A stretch of 64,000 nt of DNA from an uncultured archaeon. GTDB taxonomy: Archaea > Asgardarchaeota > Thorarchaeia > Thorarchaeales > Thorarchaeaceae. The DNA is taken from contig CAZVZC010000004.1 of the NCBI GenBank assembly GCA_964631415.1, positions 13,814-77,813 of the forward strand, read 5' to 3'. The stretch's first letter is position 1. Each line of letters starts with the position of its first letter. The position numbers were made by a program, and so were the translations under genes. Under the pieces are notes generated by a model. That model was not told where the DNA came from and did not search any database. It saw only the letters and a list, made by a program, of their open reading frames with translations. This document shows positions 18,075 to 26,920 of the stretch, one piece after another.

Positions 18075-19100
18075 ATGTCGGACAAGAGCATTGGAGTAGC
18101 TATTGCAGGACTAGGTTTCGTGGGAGCTCGTGCTCATGTTCCTGCCTTCAGAAAGATACCGGGAGCTGAAGTGGTGGGTGTCGTTGCCCGACCTGGTGGC
18201 AGCAGCGAACGCGTCGCCAAAGAGTTGTCCGAGAAGTATGGTTTCAATTACTATCTTGACTATGGGGCAGCCCTAGATGATCCCCGGGTTCATGCAGTAG
18301 TACTTGCAGTGCCAACACCGGATCACTTCGAGATGGCAGCCCAGGCCATGTCAAAGGGAAAGCATGTTCTGTGCGAAATGCCCTTGGCAACCACGATTGC
18401 TCAGGCAAGGAAACTGAAACAACAGGCCGAGAAGGAGGGAGTGCTACTCATGCCTGTCCTCAACTTCCGTTTCACTCCTAACTTCGTGAAAGCAAAGGAG
18501 CTGATTGACCAAGGAGTTGTTGGAAAGCCGCTTGCAGTGACGTTCAAGGAACTTATCGCAGCGAGGGATCTTGCGGCACAATGGCCGCTCACTTCATGGG
18601 CGTGGGATGTGAGAAAAAGTGGTGGGCTTCCGGATTTCACACTCTCGGTCTGGTCATTAGACCTCGTCAGATGGCTATTCAACACCGAAATCGAAGATGT
18701 GCATTGGGTCGCAGACTATGCCACTGTTGAAGGGCTAGAGAACTTCAAGGGGTATCAGACGATTGGTGTTGTTAAGCTCACGAATGGCATGGTTGGGAGT
18801 TTCCATTATGGTTCGACTGTTGCGCCAGGTAGGGGTACAAGTAGGTTGGAGGTCTATGGAAGCAATGGTAGAATCCTCGAGGCGAACCGGAACAACTCCT
18901 TGACACTGATTGGAGAGAACCTAGAGAAACAGGAATGGGCATTCGAAGAGAAAGGCAGCAGAGTATGGGGCCATTATCAGCTGGACTCGTACTTCGTAGA
19001 CTGCATACTCCATGGGATGAAACCATCATTCGGTCCGGAGGATGCCATCAAGGTACAGATGATTGCCCAGAAGATGGTTCGACGGGCCCCCAAGACGTGA
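18075..19100 (+). CDS. Gfo/Idh/MocA family oxidoreductase
   Basis: VAIAGLGFVG, VVLAVPTPDH, GKHVLCEMPLA, NFRFTP. Confidence 0.9.
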   Translation: MSDKSIGVAIAGLGFVGARAHVPAFRKIPGAEVVGVVARPGGSSERVAKELSEKYGFNYYLDYGAALDDPRVHAVVLAVPTPDHFEMAAQAMSKGKHVLCEMPLATTIAQARKLKQQAEKEGVLLMPVLNFRFTPNFVKAKELIDQGVVGKPLAVTFKELIAARDLAAQWPLTSWAWDVRKSGGLPDFTLSVWSLDLVRWLFNTEIEDVHWVADYATVEGLENFKGYQTIGVVKLTNGMVGSFHYGSTVAPGRGTSRLEVYGSNGRILEANRNNSLTLIGENLEKQEWAFEEKGSRVWGHYQLDSYFVDCILHGMKPSFGPEDAIKVQMIAQKMVRRAPKT

Positions 19101-19271
19101 CTCTGACTGACTATCGGGAGATTGTGAGATTCGGTCGGACACGACCTTTCATGCAATGGTTTATGTGCGGCAATGCATTATGGCTAACCGATTTCCCAAA
19201 ACAGTCGCCGCCCTGCCTGAAGCCTAACGTGCGCCGATACAACTGGAGAATCGTTCAGGAAATAGTCAGCG

Positions 19272-19886
19272 TTGATGGGTGTCAGAGTCATTCCCCGCCT
19301 ACTGAGGAAAGACGGAGAGTGCAATCGCTGGACGAGCATGCTCATACTAGTTGTCCTGGTTGGGATTGCCCTTTTCGCTCCGTTCATCGCTGTATTCCAG
19401 CATCCCTCAGAAGTCTTTGCGGAAGACATCACAGGAGTATTCAGCTCTGTGACATGGGCATTCATCGTCCTCAATAATCCACCTGCGTACGACAATCAGA
19501 TGACGTTCATATTGTTTCCAATGCTTGAAGTCCCGATTCTCTTGTTTGTTGCCGTCCTGCGGGTCGCGTATGTCTTGACAGTGATTGGTCATCGCCATGG
19601 ACTCGTCGGCGGCCGTTTCCCGGCATTGACCGGCGCATTGATGTTCTCGTGCATTATGATACTCTGTATCTCTGTCACGTTCAGTCCTCACCTTGTAGGA
19701 CTGCCGTGGGGACATCTCATACCCGTCCCGCCAAGCGAGATAGCCACTGCAGTCTGCTACCCGCTTCCTGCATTGTTCCTAATCGGACTGTTGTCTTATC
19801 CGGCGGCCAGAAAACACTCAGCAGACAGGAGCGACCCGCGTGGCGTAGACACTACTGTGACACAATCGGATTCTCTACCTGCGTAG
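19272..19886 (+). CDS. hypothetical membrane protein; true start uncertain, possibly about 19338
   Basis: About 5 hydrophobic segments; no family recognised. Confidence 0.55.
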   Translation: MMGVRVIPRLLRKDGECNRWTSMLILVVLVGIALFAPFIAVFQHPSEVFAEDITGVFSSVTWAFIVLNNPPAYDNQMTFILFPMLEVPILLFVAVLRVAYVLTVIGHRHGLVGGRFPALTGALMFSCIMILCISVTFSPHLVGLPWGHLIPVPPSEIATAVCYPLPALFLIGLLSYPAARKHSADRSDPRGVDTTVTQSDSLPA

Positions 19887-19963
19887 CATCTAGGACACTA
19901 GGGATTGATCAACTGCCCTGCGATATGAATGGCCTTCAAATCACAAAGCAGGAGGGACAGATC

Positions 19964-20752
19964 CTAGTTGACCAGCTTCAGAAGATGCTCTGGAGATAAG
20001 TAGTAGCAACTCAGCAGTCTGCCGTTGTAGACGATGTTGAAGGTCCCATAGGCAGACGGTGCAGAGGCTCGCACGTCTTCGGTGTTTCTTAGCTCGACAC
20101 TCTTGGCTTCGATTCCATTGTCTCTTGCCGCCTTCAGCACTCCGGCAACTGCCTTCGCAACATACGGACACTGTAGTGTATAGACCACCGTGATTCCAGA
20201 ACCGTATGCCTTGAGCCTATTGTCCCAGTCCTTAGGAAAACTCGGGGGAGGTGCTTGTTTGAATCTCAACACCAGAAGCTCGAAGCTCGGCGGGGCTGTG
20301 TCGACAAGCTCGAACCCATACTTCAGAAACAGACTCTTGTTTGGCAGCCAGGGCCTGTCGCTCGTTACTACTGCGACACCAGCCTTCCTCGTCTTCTTCG
20401 CATCGTCTATGTACATCTGGACGAGCTTGGTGCCATAGCCTTTGCTCTTCCATTTGCCTACGACCCAAAGACAATGAATCACTAGATAGTCCTCTGCATT
20501 CACGGCACGCCACGTGTACTTGCCGGGGATGTACTCAATGAAACCTCTTGATGTGAGGCCCTTTGCTTCCCTGATACGCAGAAGCTTGATGTGCAGACCT
20601 TCTTTGAACCGCTCTCTGATCCAAGCCACCTTGTTCTGATAGCCCTCTCCTCCCTTGTCGGACTTCTTGCAGAGGAAGTCGTAGTCATCTAAGTTGCTCT
20701 CATTCACATCGACTATCTCATAGTCGGCTCCGGTCATTTCTGAACCCTGCAA
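19964..20752 (-). CDS. GNAT acetyltransferase with C-terminal YoaP domain
   Basis: GFIEYIPG, IHCLWVVGKWKSKGYG, FLKYGFELVD, QCPY...APSAYGTFNIVYNG. Confidence 0.9.
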   Translation of the reverse strand: MQGSEMTGADYEIVDVNESNLDDYDFLCKKSDKGGEGYQNKVAWIRERFKEGLHIKLLRIREAKGLTSRGFIEYIPGKYTWRAVNAEDYLVIHCLWVVGKWKSKGYGTKLVQMYIDDAKKTRKAGVAVVTSDRPWLPNKSLFLKYGFELVDTAPPSFELLVLRFKQAPPPSFPKDWDNRLKAYGSGITVVYTLQCPYVAKAVAGVLKAARDNGIEAKSVELRNTEDVRASAPSAYGTFNIVYNGRLLSCYYLSPEHLLKLVN

Positions 20753-20901
20753 GCATCATAGGGAATTGCCTCAGTAGCAGAACAACCTTCTCATGAACTG
20801 TGCGGTGACCGACATACCCCGGTCAACAGGATTCCGAATTGTGGATGTGAAGGCGATATCCGCGAATGACATCATGGTGTTTCCAGACGACAGAAATGAT
20901 T

Positions 20902-20926
20902 GAGGGAGAGTAGTTCTCTCTCCCTC
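20902..20926. terminator. 9-bp hairpin GAGGGAGAG-N7-CTCTCCCTC, 14 nt past the stop of the 20940 gene
   Basis: Perfect inverted repeat read from sequence; terminator role is inferred. Confidence 0.4.
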
Positions 20927-20939
20927 TGCATCTGAACTC

Positions 20940-21704
20940 CTAGCTAAGGTTCGCCGATATGGCACCTGTCGTAGCCTGCGCCACGATTGTGAGCGTGGTT
21001 TCGGCGGTATGGTAGTCGTCGGTTTCGTAGTGACTCGTTGTTATCTTGTTCCATCCGACCTGAGTCACGGTAACTGGGCCGGCCGTGGTTGAGGCCTCGA
21101 AGCTCCCACCCACTCCTACTGGGAGGTCTAGGTTCACAGTGATGGCTCCGGCAGAGGCTTCAAGGTCAAAGATAGAGTCGCCTAGAACCTGCACGTCGTC
21201 ACCCATGATGACAGAGATGGCGCCGGCTGTCGCGGTCAGAAACATGTTACCAATGTGCGCTCCATGATCTAGTGTGATAGATACCGCGCCCGCGGACGTG
21301 ATCACGTCAATCGTGTAGTTGGCACCTGTGCCCAGGGTGAGATTCACCCCTGCAGCTGTATAGTTCAAACGAATCACGTTTGAAGCCAAGATGACGACAG
21401 GCGCCCCGTGTGCTTCGAGTGTAGAGTTCTGAACCTCGACAGTCATCCTGTACAAGAGGGTCGTGTTCTCCTCGAACTTGATGACAACTGCACCAGCGCC
21501 CAAGTTCATATCCAGAGTCACTGTACCTGTTGTGTTGCCGACCTCCTGTTCAAATGGAAAGACTGTCTTAGCAGTGTTCCAGCCCGGGAACCACCACCAA
21601 CCAGTGGATCCAAAGTAGGTCAAAGCGCCGACTGCGAGGGCACCTCCGGTTATGACAGCGATTATGCATGCAACCATTCCCTTGTTTCTTCGATATTCAC
21701 TCAT
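20940..21704 (-). CDS. membrane-anchored exported protein with repeated beta motifs (DUF4097/adhesin-like)
   Basis: N-terminal TM, then repeats of the type TAAGVNLTL / SAGAVSITL / TAGAISVIM / SAGAITVNL / TAGPVTVT / TTGAISANL. Confidence 0.7.
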   Translation of the reverse strand: MSEYRRNKGMVACIIAVITGGALAVGALTYFGSTGWWWFPGWNTAKTVFPFEQEVGNTTGTVTLDMNLGAGAVVIKFEENTTLLYRMTVEVQNSTLEAHGAPVVILASNVIRLNYTAAGVNLTLGTGANYTIDVITSAGAVSITLDHGAHIGNMFLTATAGAISVIMGDDVQVLGDSIFDLEASAGAITVNLDLPVGVGGSFEASTTAGPVTVTQVGWNKITTSHYETDDYHTAETTLTIVAQATTGAISANLS

Positions 21705-22341
21705 TCTTCATTCCACCCGTTCGATGAGACCGGAGGAAGTCGTGCCACTTCTCTCGCAGGTCTCGATACTGCGGATCTTCTTCCAAAGCAAACCGACGCA
21801 TGATCCGCGACACGTCTCCTCTGACCGATGGCGGAAGTTTGTTGTAGCTCGCCGCATCTATTACTTGAGTCTTTGAGCTGACAGCATTCTCGCGCTCGAT
21901 CAGATTCCTCAGCAACGCTGTTGCCTGCTCCGCCTCAGACTCTGGTATCTCCATGCCATAGACCGACAGGCTTGATATCATGGACTTGAAGCGGTTTCTT
22001 GCGAAACGAGCGATGCCTCCGTTAGCCTGTATCATCTCACTGATGCCCAAGCGAAACTCTCTGGCGGTCGCTCGGTAGTATCGCTGCACTATTCCAGTAG
22101 AAGTGAGCTGAGTGCGCTCCTGAACCACAAGACCGGCTTTCTTCAGCGCTTCAATGTGATGCAGTATGGTTCCAGGGTTCTTGCCAAGAGCGTCAGCCAG
22201 CTGCTTGACTGTCATTGAGCCATTCACGAGGTACTTGAATACAATATCAGATCGGACTGGCTCAAGAAGGACCCTGATGACTTTGGAGTCCGTCACCACC
22301 TCAAGGTCTTTCATGGGCTCTACTCGCGTCGGCTCTGTCAA
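21697..22341 (-). CDS. ArsR/HTH_20 winged-helix transcriptional regulator
   Basis: RVLLEPVRSDIV...MTVKQLADALGKNPGTILHHIEALKKAGLV...QRYYRATA. Confidence 0.9.
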   Translation of the reverse strand: MTEPTRVEPMKDLEVVTDSKVIRVLLEPVRSDIVFKYLVNGSMTVKQLADALGKNPGTILHHIEALKKAGLVVQERTQLTSTGIVQRYYRATAREFRLGISEMIQANGGIARFARNRFKSMISSLSVYGMEIPESEAEQATALLRNLIERENAVSSKTQVIDAASYNKLPPSVRGDVSRIMRRFALEEDPQYRDLREKWHDFLRSHRTGGMKNE

Positions 22342-22344
22342 GTT

Positions 22345-23217
22345 CTACACACCTCCGACGAGTCTCACGTCAGGACCTTCATCCTCTGTCGTTTCTGTCG
22401 CGTTGGGGTTGTCTGTCAGGATCAAGTAGACCCTGGTCAGTCCAATCGTCATAGCTGGCAGACCTAGAAACACAAGGGCCAGACCGGCAATCGCTCCTAT
22501 GGGAATCAGCACAACCGTCAAGGCAGACAAGAGGATGAACACAGCGATGTAGGACAACCAAGTGCCGAACACTCGGTCGAAGTACTGCCGGCTGAGTCGT
22601 ACAGACTGCTTGACGGCACCCAGAACAGAGAGCCCGTCTATTATCCCAGGAAAGAGCATTGATAGCATTCCAGTCGTCACTACGAGCCAGACAACTGCGA
22701 ACGCTGCCACTGCCGCCATTGGCAATCCTAACATCCAGCTTCCCGTGACAGTAAAGGCCCAGATACTCATGAGGGCGATTGGCATCAAGCTCACCAGAAA
22801 AAGGACTACACCTCCTCCGGCAAGAGACAGGAACTTCTTTCTGTACCAGACGAACACGCCCTCGGCAGTAGTGCCATCACTCTCGACTATCTCGCGAGCC
22901 ATACCGAACAAGGCACCAAGGGCCACGAGGAATGGACCAAGTAGAGGAATCGCCAGAAACATGATCAAACTGAACAGTTCGGCGCCTTGGAGTGCTGACC
23001 AGTTCTGACCAAGAGAAAAGAAGAACTGCATCATTGGTTCCATCCCCCATGCGAGGATAACAGGAATCATGATGGCGGCTGCTACGATGACCATCAGAAT
23101 GCCTGCGACTATCAAGACACCAATCATTGCCAAGACATAAGAGATGACGTTCTTAGAAGCGAACCTGAAACTGATTCTCAGATCCTGCAGAAGAGTTTCA
23201 AAGCTTGAGTTTTTCAT
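22345..23217 (-). CDS. multi-pass membrane protein (paralog 2)
   Basis: Shares VVALGALFGMARE/VVVGSIYGMSND, AGGG/AGAG, MLFPGIIDG/MVLPAVVNG, FDRVFG and GPDV/GPDI motifs with the upstream gene. Confidence 0.8.
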   Translation of the reverse strand: MKNSSFETLLQDLRISFRFASKNVISYVLAMIGVLIVAGILMVIVAAAIMIPVILAWGMEPMMQFFFSLGQNWSALQGAELFSLIMFLAIPLLGPFLVALGALFGMAREIVESDGTTAEGVFVWYRKKFLSLAGGGVVLFLVSLMPIALMSIWAFTVTGSWMLGLPMAAVAAFAVVWLVVTTGMLSMLFPGIIDGLSVLGAVKQSVRLSRQYFDRVFGTWLSYIAVFILLSALTVVLIPIGAIAGLALVFLGLPAMTIGLTRVYLILTDNPNATETTEDEGPDVRLVGGV

Positions 23218-23251
23218 TTTTCAGCCATCCAGTAGAGGTAGTTTGAGAACA

Positions 23252-23274
23252 CTCCCCTCTTGTTTCGAGGGGAG
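23252..23274. other. 8-bp hairpin CTCCCCTC-N7-GAGGGGAG between the tandem paralogs
   Basis: Perfect inverted repeat in the 79-nt intergenic gap. Confidence 0.45.
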
Positions 23275-23296
23275 CAATCTCTCATCTTGCGTGCGC

Positions 23297-24205
23297 TCAT
23301 ACAATGGGTATGTCGGGGCCTTGCTTCGGCGCGACCTTTCCATCTGTGATCTCATGGTAGACCTTAGCAAATGCGATGACTACCATTGGGAACAGCAGGA
23401 GTATCCACAGAAGACCTGCGATAACAGTCCAAGCCGCGAGTGCACCAATCACGGGCATGAACATTGACTCAGGTCCCATCATTGTCCAGTTGACCGTGAG
23501 CCCCCAGACCATCGCGGGCGCGAACATTGCTACAGCCAAGAGGACTATGGCGGTCCACAGGCCGAAGACACGATCGAAGTGCTTGACGGCCAGTCTGAAG
23601 GACTCACTCACCGCCGCCTGCACTCCTTTTCCATTGACAACAGCTGGGAGGACCATCGAAGTCAGACCGACAGTGACGAAGGTCCAGACGAAGGAGAAAG
23701 CAGTCAGAGCCTGTGCAGCCAGACCTGTAATTGTGTACCCGAGCAAGTACCAAGCGGTGCCCCAGACGACTACCTGGGGGACAATGACTATGATTGTAAG
23801 TATAGCACCCGCACCTGCGAAGGCGAAGAACTTGTGCCAGAGATAAGAGAACGCAGCCTCGGCTTTGGTTTCACCTATCATGACCAAGTCGTTGCTCATC
23901 CCATAGATTGAGCCAACAACCACCAGAAACAGGGACACAACTGGAATCATGACCAGAATGCCTAGTCCTCCTACTAGCATAGGACTGTGCCCGGCCCATG
24001 CCGACATCATTAGACCCATGTTGTTCCAGAACAGACCGCTGGTAGCGAGTGCTAGGAGCATGATGGGCATTGCAATGATGCCAAACAGTATCGCAATAAC
24101 AAAGACCATGCCAAGGTTAGCAAGTAAGTAGCTCAGTACGCTCTTCCTTGCGAGTCCGAGGCTTGTCTTGAGATCGTTGAAGACTGTGTGAAAGTCTGTA
24201 GACAT
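23297..24205 (-). CDS. multi-pass membrane protein (paralog 1); start ATG 24205 (MSTDFH)
   Basis: GGTGA RBS upstream of 24205; the longer track start would overlap the promoter; paralogous to 22345..23217. Confidence 0.8.
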   Translation of the reverse strand: MSTDFHTVFNDLKTSLGLARKSVLSYLLANLGMVFVIAILFGIIAMPIMLLALATSGLFWNNMGLMMSAWAGHSPMLVGGLGILVMIPVVSLFLVVVGSIYGMSNDLVMIGETKAEAAFSYLWHKFFAFAGAGAILTIIVIVPQVVVWGTAWYLLGYTITGLAAQALTAFSFVWTFVTVGLTSMVLPAVVNGKGVQAAVSESFRLAVKHFDRVFGLWTAIVLLAVAMFAPAMVWGLTVNWTMMGPESMFMPVIGALAAWTVIAGLLWILLLFPMVVIAFAKVYHEITDGKVAPKQGPDIPIV

Positions 24206-24237
24206 AGATTCATTCACCACGATGATGATTGTGGAAC

Positions 24238-24297
24238 GTTTGACATGTGCCAAACATAGCACTCTTTTGCTTATAAAGCGTTTGATATCTGCCAAAC
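24238..24297 (-). promoter_or_regulatory. two 18-bp boxes GTTTGA(C/T)AT(G/C)TGCCAAAC (24238-24255, 24280-24297) flanking TATA box TTTATAA (24277-24271)
   Basis: Direct repeats identical at 16 of 18 positions, each with GTTTG/CAAAC inverted ends, 42 bp apart. Confidence 0.8.
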
Positions 24298-24408
24298 GTT
24301 TGGGTCTTACTATCTAACGAACGACCAAGAACCTGCGGCTGTCCACAGGAGCCACTGCGCCTCTGCCTGTACACACGTAATCGCGGAGCCGATAATCGCC
24401 CCAATATC

Positions 24409-25023
24409 TCATACCCGTCTGGCATGCGGAATCCGCGACACCAGTGACTGCCAGACCCAGCTGAACAATGGTGTCAGCAAGAACACTGTGGGGACACCGA
24501 CTGTCAACAGTGGAAGTAGTACGAATCCCAGCGCCACTAGGTCAGCGTAGACTTCCACGGTGAGGCCGACCACAACCGTGACAAGCACTGTAAAGACGAA
24601 GCCAATTACAGACATGATCGACAGTTTGGCTAGTGAGCGACCATTTCCGAAGTCATACCGAACAAGGCCCACGATGAAGCCCATCAATCCGAAGGCCAAA
24701 GGATTCAACGAAACAGTCACGACAGTGCCGAAGAACAGAAGCCCATAGAGCAGCGCACCCAGATATCCGGTCAGCAATCCTGCCAAAGGCCCCCTAATGG
24801 CCCCGACCGTTGAGATGACTGCGAGAGCCGGCCAAAGTCCGAGTTTGAAGAGGTCAACCATTACGTACGGCTCAGGTGGGATCGACAGGACGACGAAGAA
24901 CGTCACGCCTGCGGCCGCAGATGCGATTGTCCAGAGTATGGCATTGCGGTCCTGTATGTAGAAGAGTTCAGAAACTGTTCGCCTCTCTTTCTGATTGACA
25001 TGAGCGTCTGCCTCTTGAGCCAT
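24409..25023 (-). CDS. ECF transporter S-component (substrate unknown)
   Basis: 6 TM; GAIRGPLAGLLTGYLG motif typical of S components; GGTGA RBS. Confidence 0.75.
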   Translation of the reverse strand: MAQEADAHVNQKERRTVSELFYIQDRNAILWTIASAAAGVTFFVVLSIPPEPYVMVDLFKLGLWPALAVISTVGAIRGPLAGLLTGYLGALLYGLLFFGTVVTVSLNPLAFGLMGFIVGLVRYDFGNGRSLAKLSIMSVIGFVFTVLVTVVVGLTVEVYADLVALGFVLLPLLTVGVPTVFLLTPLFSWVWQSLVSRIPHARRV

Positions 25024-25026
25024 GCT

Positions 25027-26682
25027 TCACCCTCCTGCAACAATGACCAGATGATATGTGCCCGGGTTCAGCGTCAACACGTAGTCAGATCCAGATGCAG
25101 TGAGCTGCCCCAAGGAGCGACCTCCCGAGTATGCACTGGGCACAGACCCGAAATTGCTGAAGGTCAGGGTTGCCGTCTGGTCTATCCGTACATTCAATAC
25201 GAAGCCCTCCTTGTCAGGGTCCCACTGAGCTTGGTACACCCACATTCTGTCATCATCTGCCTGAGAGATGTATGGATAGCCCCAGAACTCAGCAGGCCGT
25301 GGGTCACCTAGGTCCTTGATTGTCACTGGTACTGTGGCCCAGAGCCATCCGTAGGCCATACTCGACTGGAGGAACGGCTCTATGGCCATTGTATCCCAGT
25401 GCATTGCACGGCCATCAGCCGACCAGACCTTGTTGTATGGGGACCACATGAAGTTGACAATCCGATCTCTGGTGATCAAATCTCCTCTCTGTTGAGCAAG
25501 CGCCACAGCATAGAGGTTGGACAACATGTCGAACTCATCAAACTTGGTAGGGCAGTTGTACGTATCAATCATGGAAAGCTGGTCGGCAGAGATCTCCTTG
25601 GAGTAGTGCTCAAGAAACGTGGAGTAGTCTTGAGCAACTATGCTCTCGTTGGTGTGCTCTATGAATAACAGTGACCATGCTACACCATATCCCTGCACAA
25701 TGGGGCGTCCGTCTCGAACGAAGGGGTCTAGCATCTTGCCAGGAAACTGCTGTACCGGGCCACCGCCAGTCTGATTGAAGCCCATTGGGCGTTGCACGAA
25801 GTACTCGTCAGTATAGAGACCATAGTCGTCCGTCATGTTTGCCTCAATGAATCCCAGACCATAGTCCCACATTCCGCTCTCCATATAGCTCGTGTTGTGA
25901 ATATCGTCATACAGCTCTGTGAAGAACAGCGGGATGACATTGCACTGAACCCATACGGCATACGGCTGACATGGAATGAGCCCGCACTCCCATATCCCGC
26001 TCTCTCGTGCATTGCCCAGTCCATCAGTTGTCAGCGAGTTGTTCCAGTCGCGCATGTACCAGTCGTACTCGCTGAAGAACTCGCCCGTATTGAAGCTCCG
26101 CTCATAGAGGAGCTCCATCAATGCATAGTGACCAGTCCACATTATGTTAGCTGGGCCTCTGAAACCCCCTGTGAAGATGTCATCTCCGTCAGGATGTATC
26201 GGGTCTGGGTAGTAGTACTTGGTCCAGTTCGAGTAGCCGATGACAGGACGAATCCACTCCATGGACTCGATCGAGGTTTCGCCATACTCCTCCTCGGTGG
26301 TGTTCATCTTCTTGATGAGGTCGTATGCCATGTCCGAGTAGTAGTCAGTCCTGTAACCCGAGGTGACCTCGAACAGCCTTGCGATTGAGTAGGTCATGAA
26401 TGCCAGTTGGTAGTGGACCAAATAGTAGACATCAGAACCAACGTTCCATCCGTCCCACAAACCGTATGGCTGCTCGACAAGTCCGCGTATGTAGTTGTAC
26501 GCTGCGATTTGCTCATGAGTCAGTGACGGGTAGTCTGCCAGATTGAAGACTATACCATTGACTACTTGTATACTCGTCAGTGTTGCCGGGCCGGGCAGGT
26601 TACCGAAGGTCAGTCCTGCAAGAGCAATGGTGATGACGAGGGTGGTGATGAGGAACTTGCTGGCTTTGGGCGATTGACTCAT
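25027..26682 (-). CDS. secreted or membrane-anchored linalool dehydratase/isomerase (Ldi/LinD)-like protein with C-terminal beta domain
   Basis: N-terminal hydrophobic signal; HYQLAFMTY, ANIMWTGHYALM, IPCQPYAVWVQCNV...LYDDIHNTSY, GYGVAWSL align with recalled Ldi motifs KYSIAFYAY, ENIMYKGHLNLM, VCEPDNYFVQCNS...VYDRLHGTDY, AYTTAWTL. Confidence 0.8.
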   Translation of the reverse strand: MSQSPKASKFLITTLVITIALAGLTFGNLPGPATLTSIQVVNGIVFNLADYPSLTHEQIAAYNYIRGLVEQPYGLWDGWNVGSDVYYLVHYQLAFMTYSIARLFEVTSGYRTDYYSDMAYDLIKKMNTTEEEYGETSIESMEWIRPVIGYSNWTKYYYPDPIHPDGDDIFTGGFRGPANIMWTGHYALMELLYERSFNTGEFFSEYDWYMRDWNNSLTTDGLGNARESGIWECGLIPCQPYAVWVQCNVIPLFFTELYDDIHNTSYMESGMWDYGLGFIEANMTDDYGLYTDEYFVQRPMGFNQTGGGPVQQFPGKMLDPFVRDGRPIVQGYGVAWSLLFIEHTNESIVAQDYSTFLEHYSKEISADQLSMIDTYNCPTKFDEFDMLSNLYAVALAQQRGDLITRDRIVNFMWSPYNKVWSADGRAMHWDTMAIEPFLQSSMAYGWLWATVPVTIKDLGDPRPAEFWGYPYISQADDDRMWVYQAQWDPDKEGFVLNVRIDQTATLTFSNFGSVPSAYSGGRSLGQLTASGSDYVLTLNPGTYHLVIVAGG

Positions 26683-26920
26683 GTGAGCACCTCAAACGGA
26701 TTGCGGACAGGTTTCGGAACGCCCGGTGGTTCGTGAGTTATATACCTTCCAACCTCAACGATTATCACGTCGGCAGTTGACGTAGCGCCAACTGCTATTC
26801 ATGAAACCGTCTTTGAAGGGAGGAACCTGCATGGGGCGTGAGATATTGACTGGTATGATCCCCGTGCGAATGCCCAAGCAAAGAGAGGATTGCTCGACGC
26901 GTTTGTGCTCAATCCCTTGA

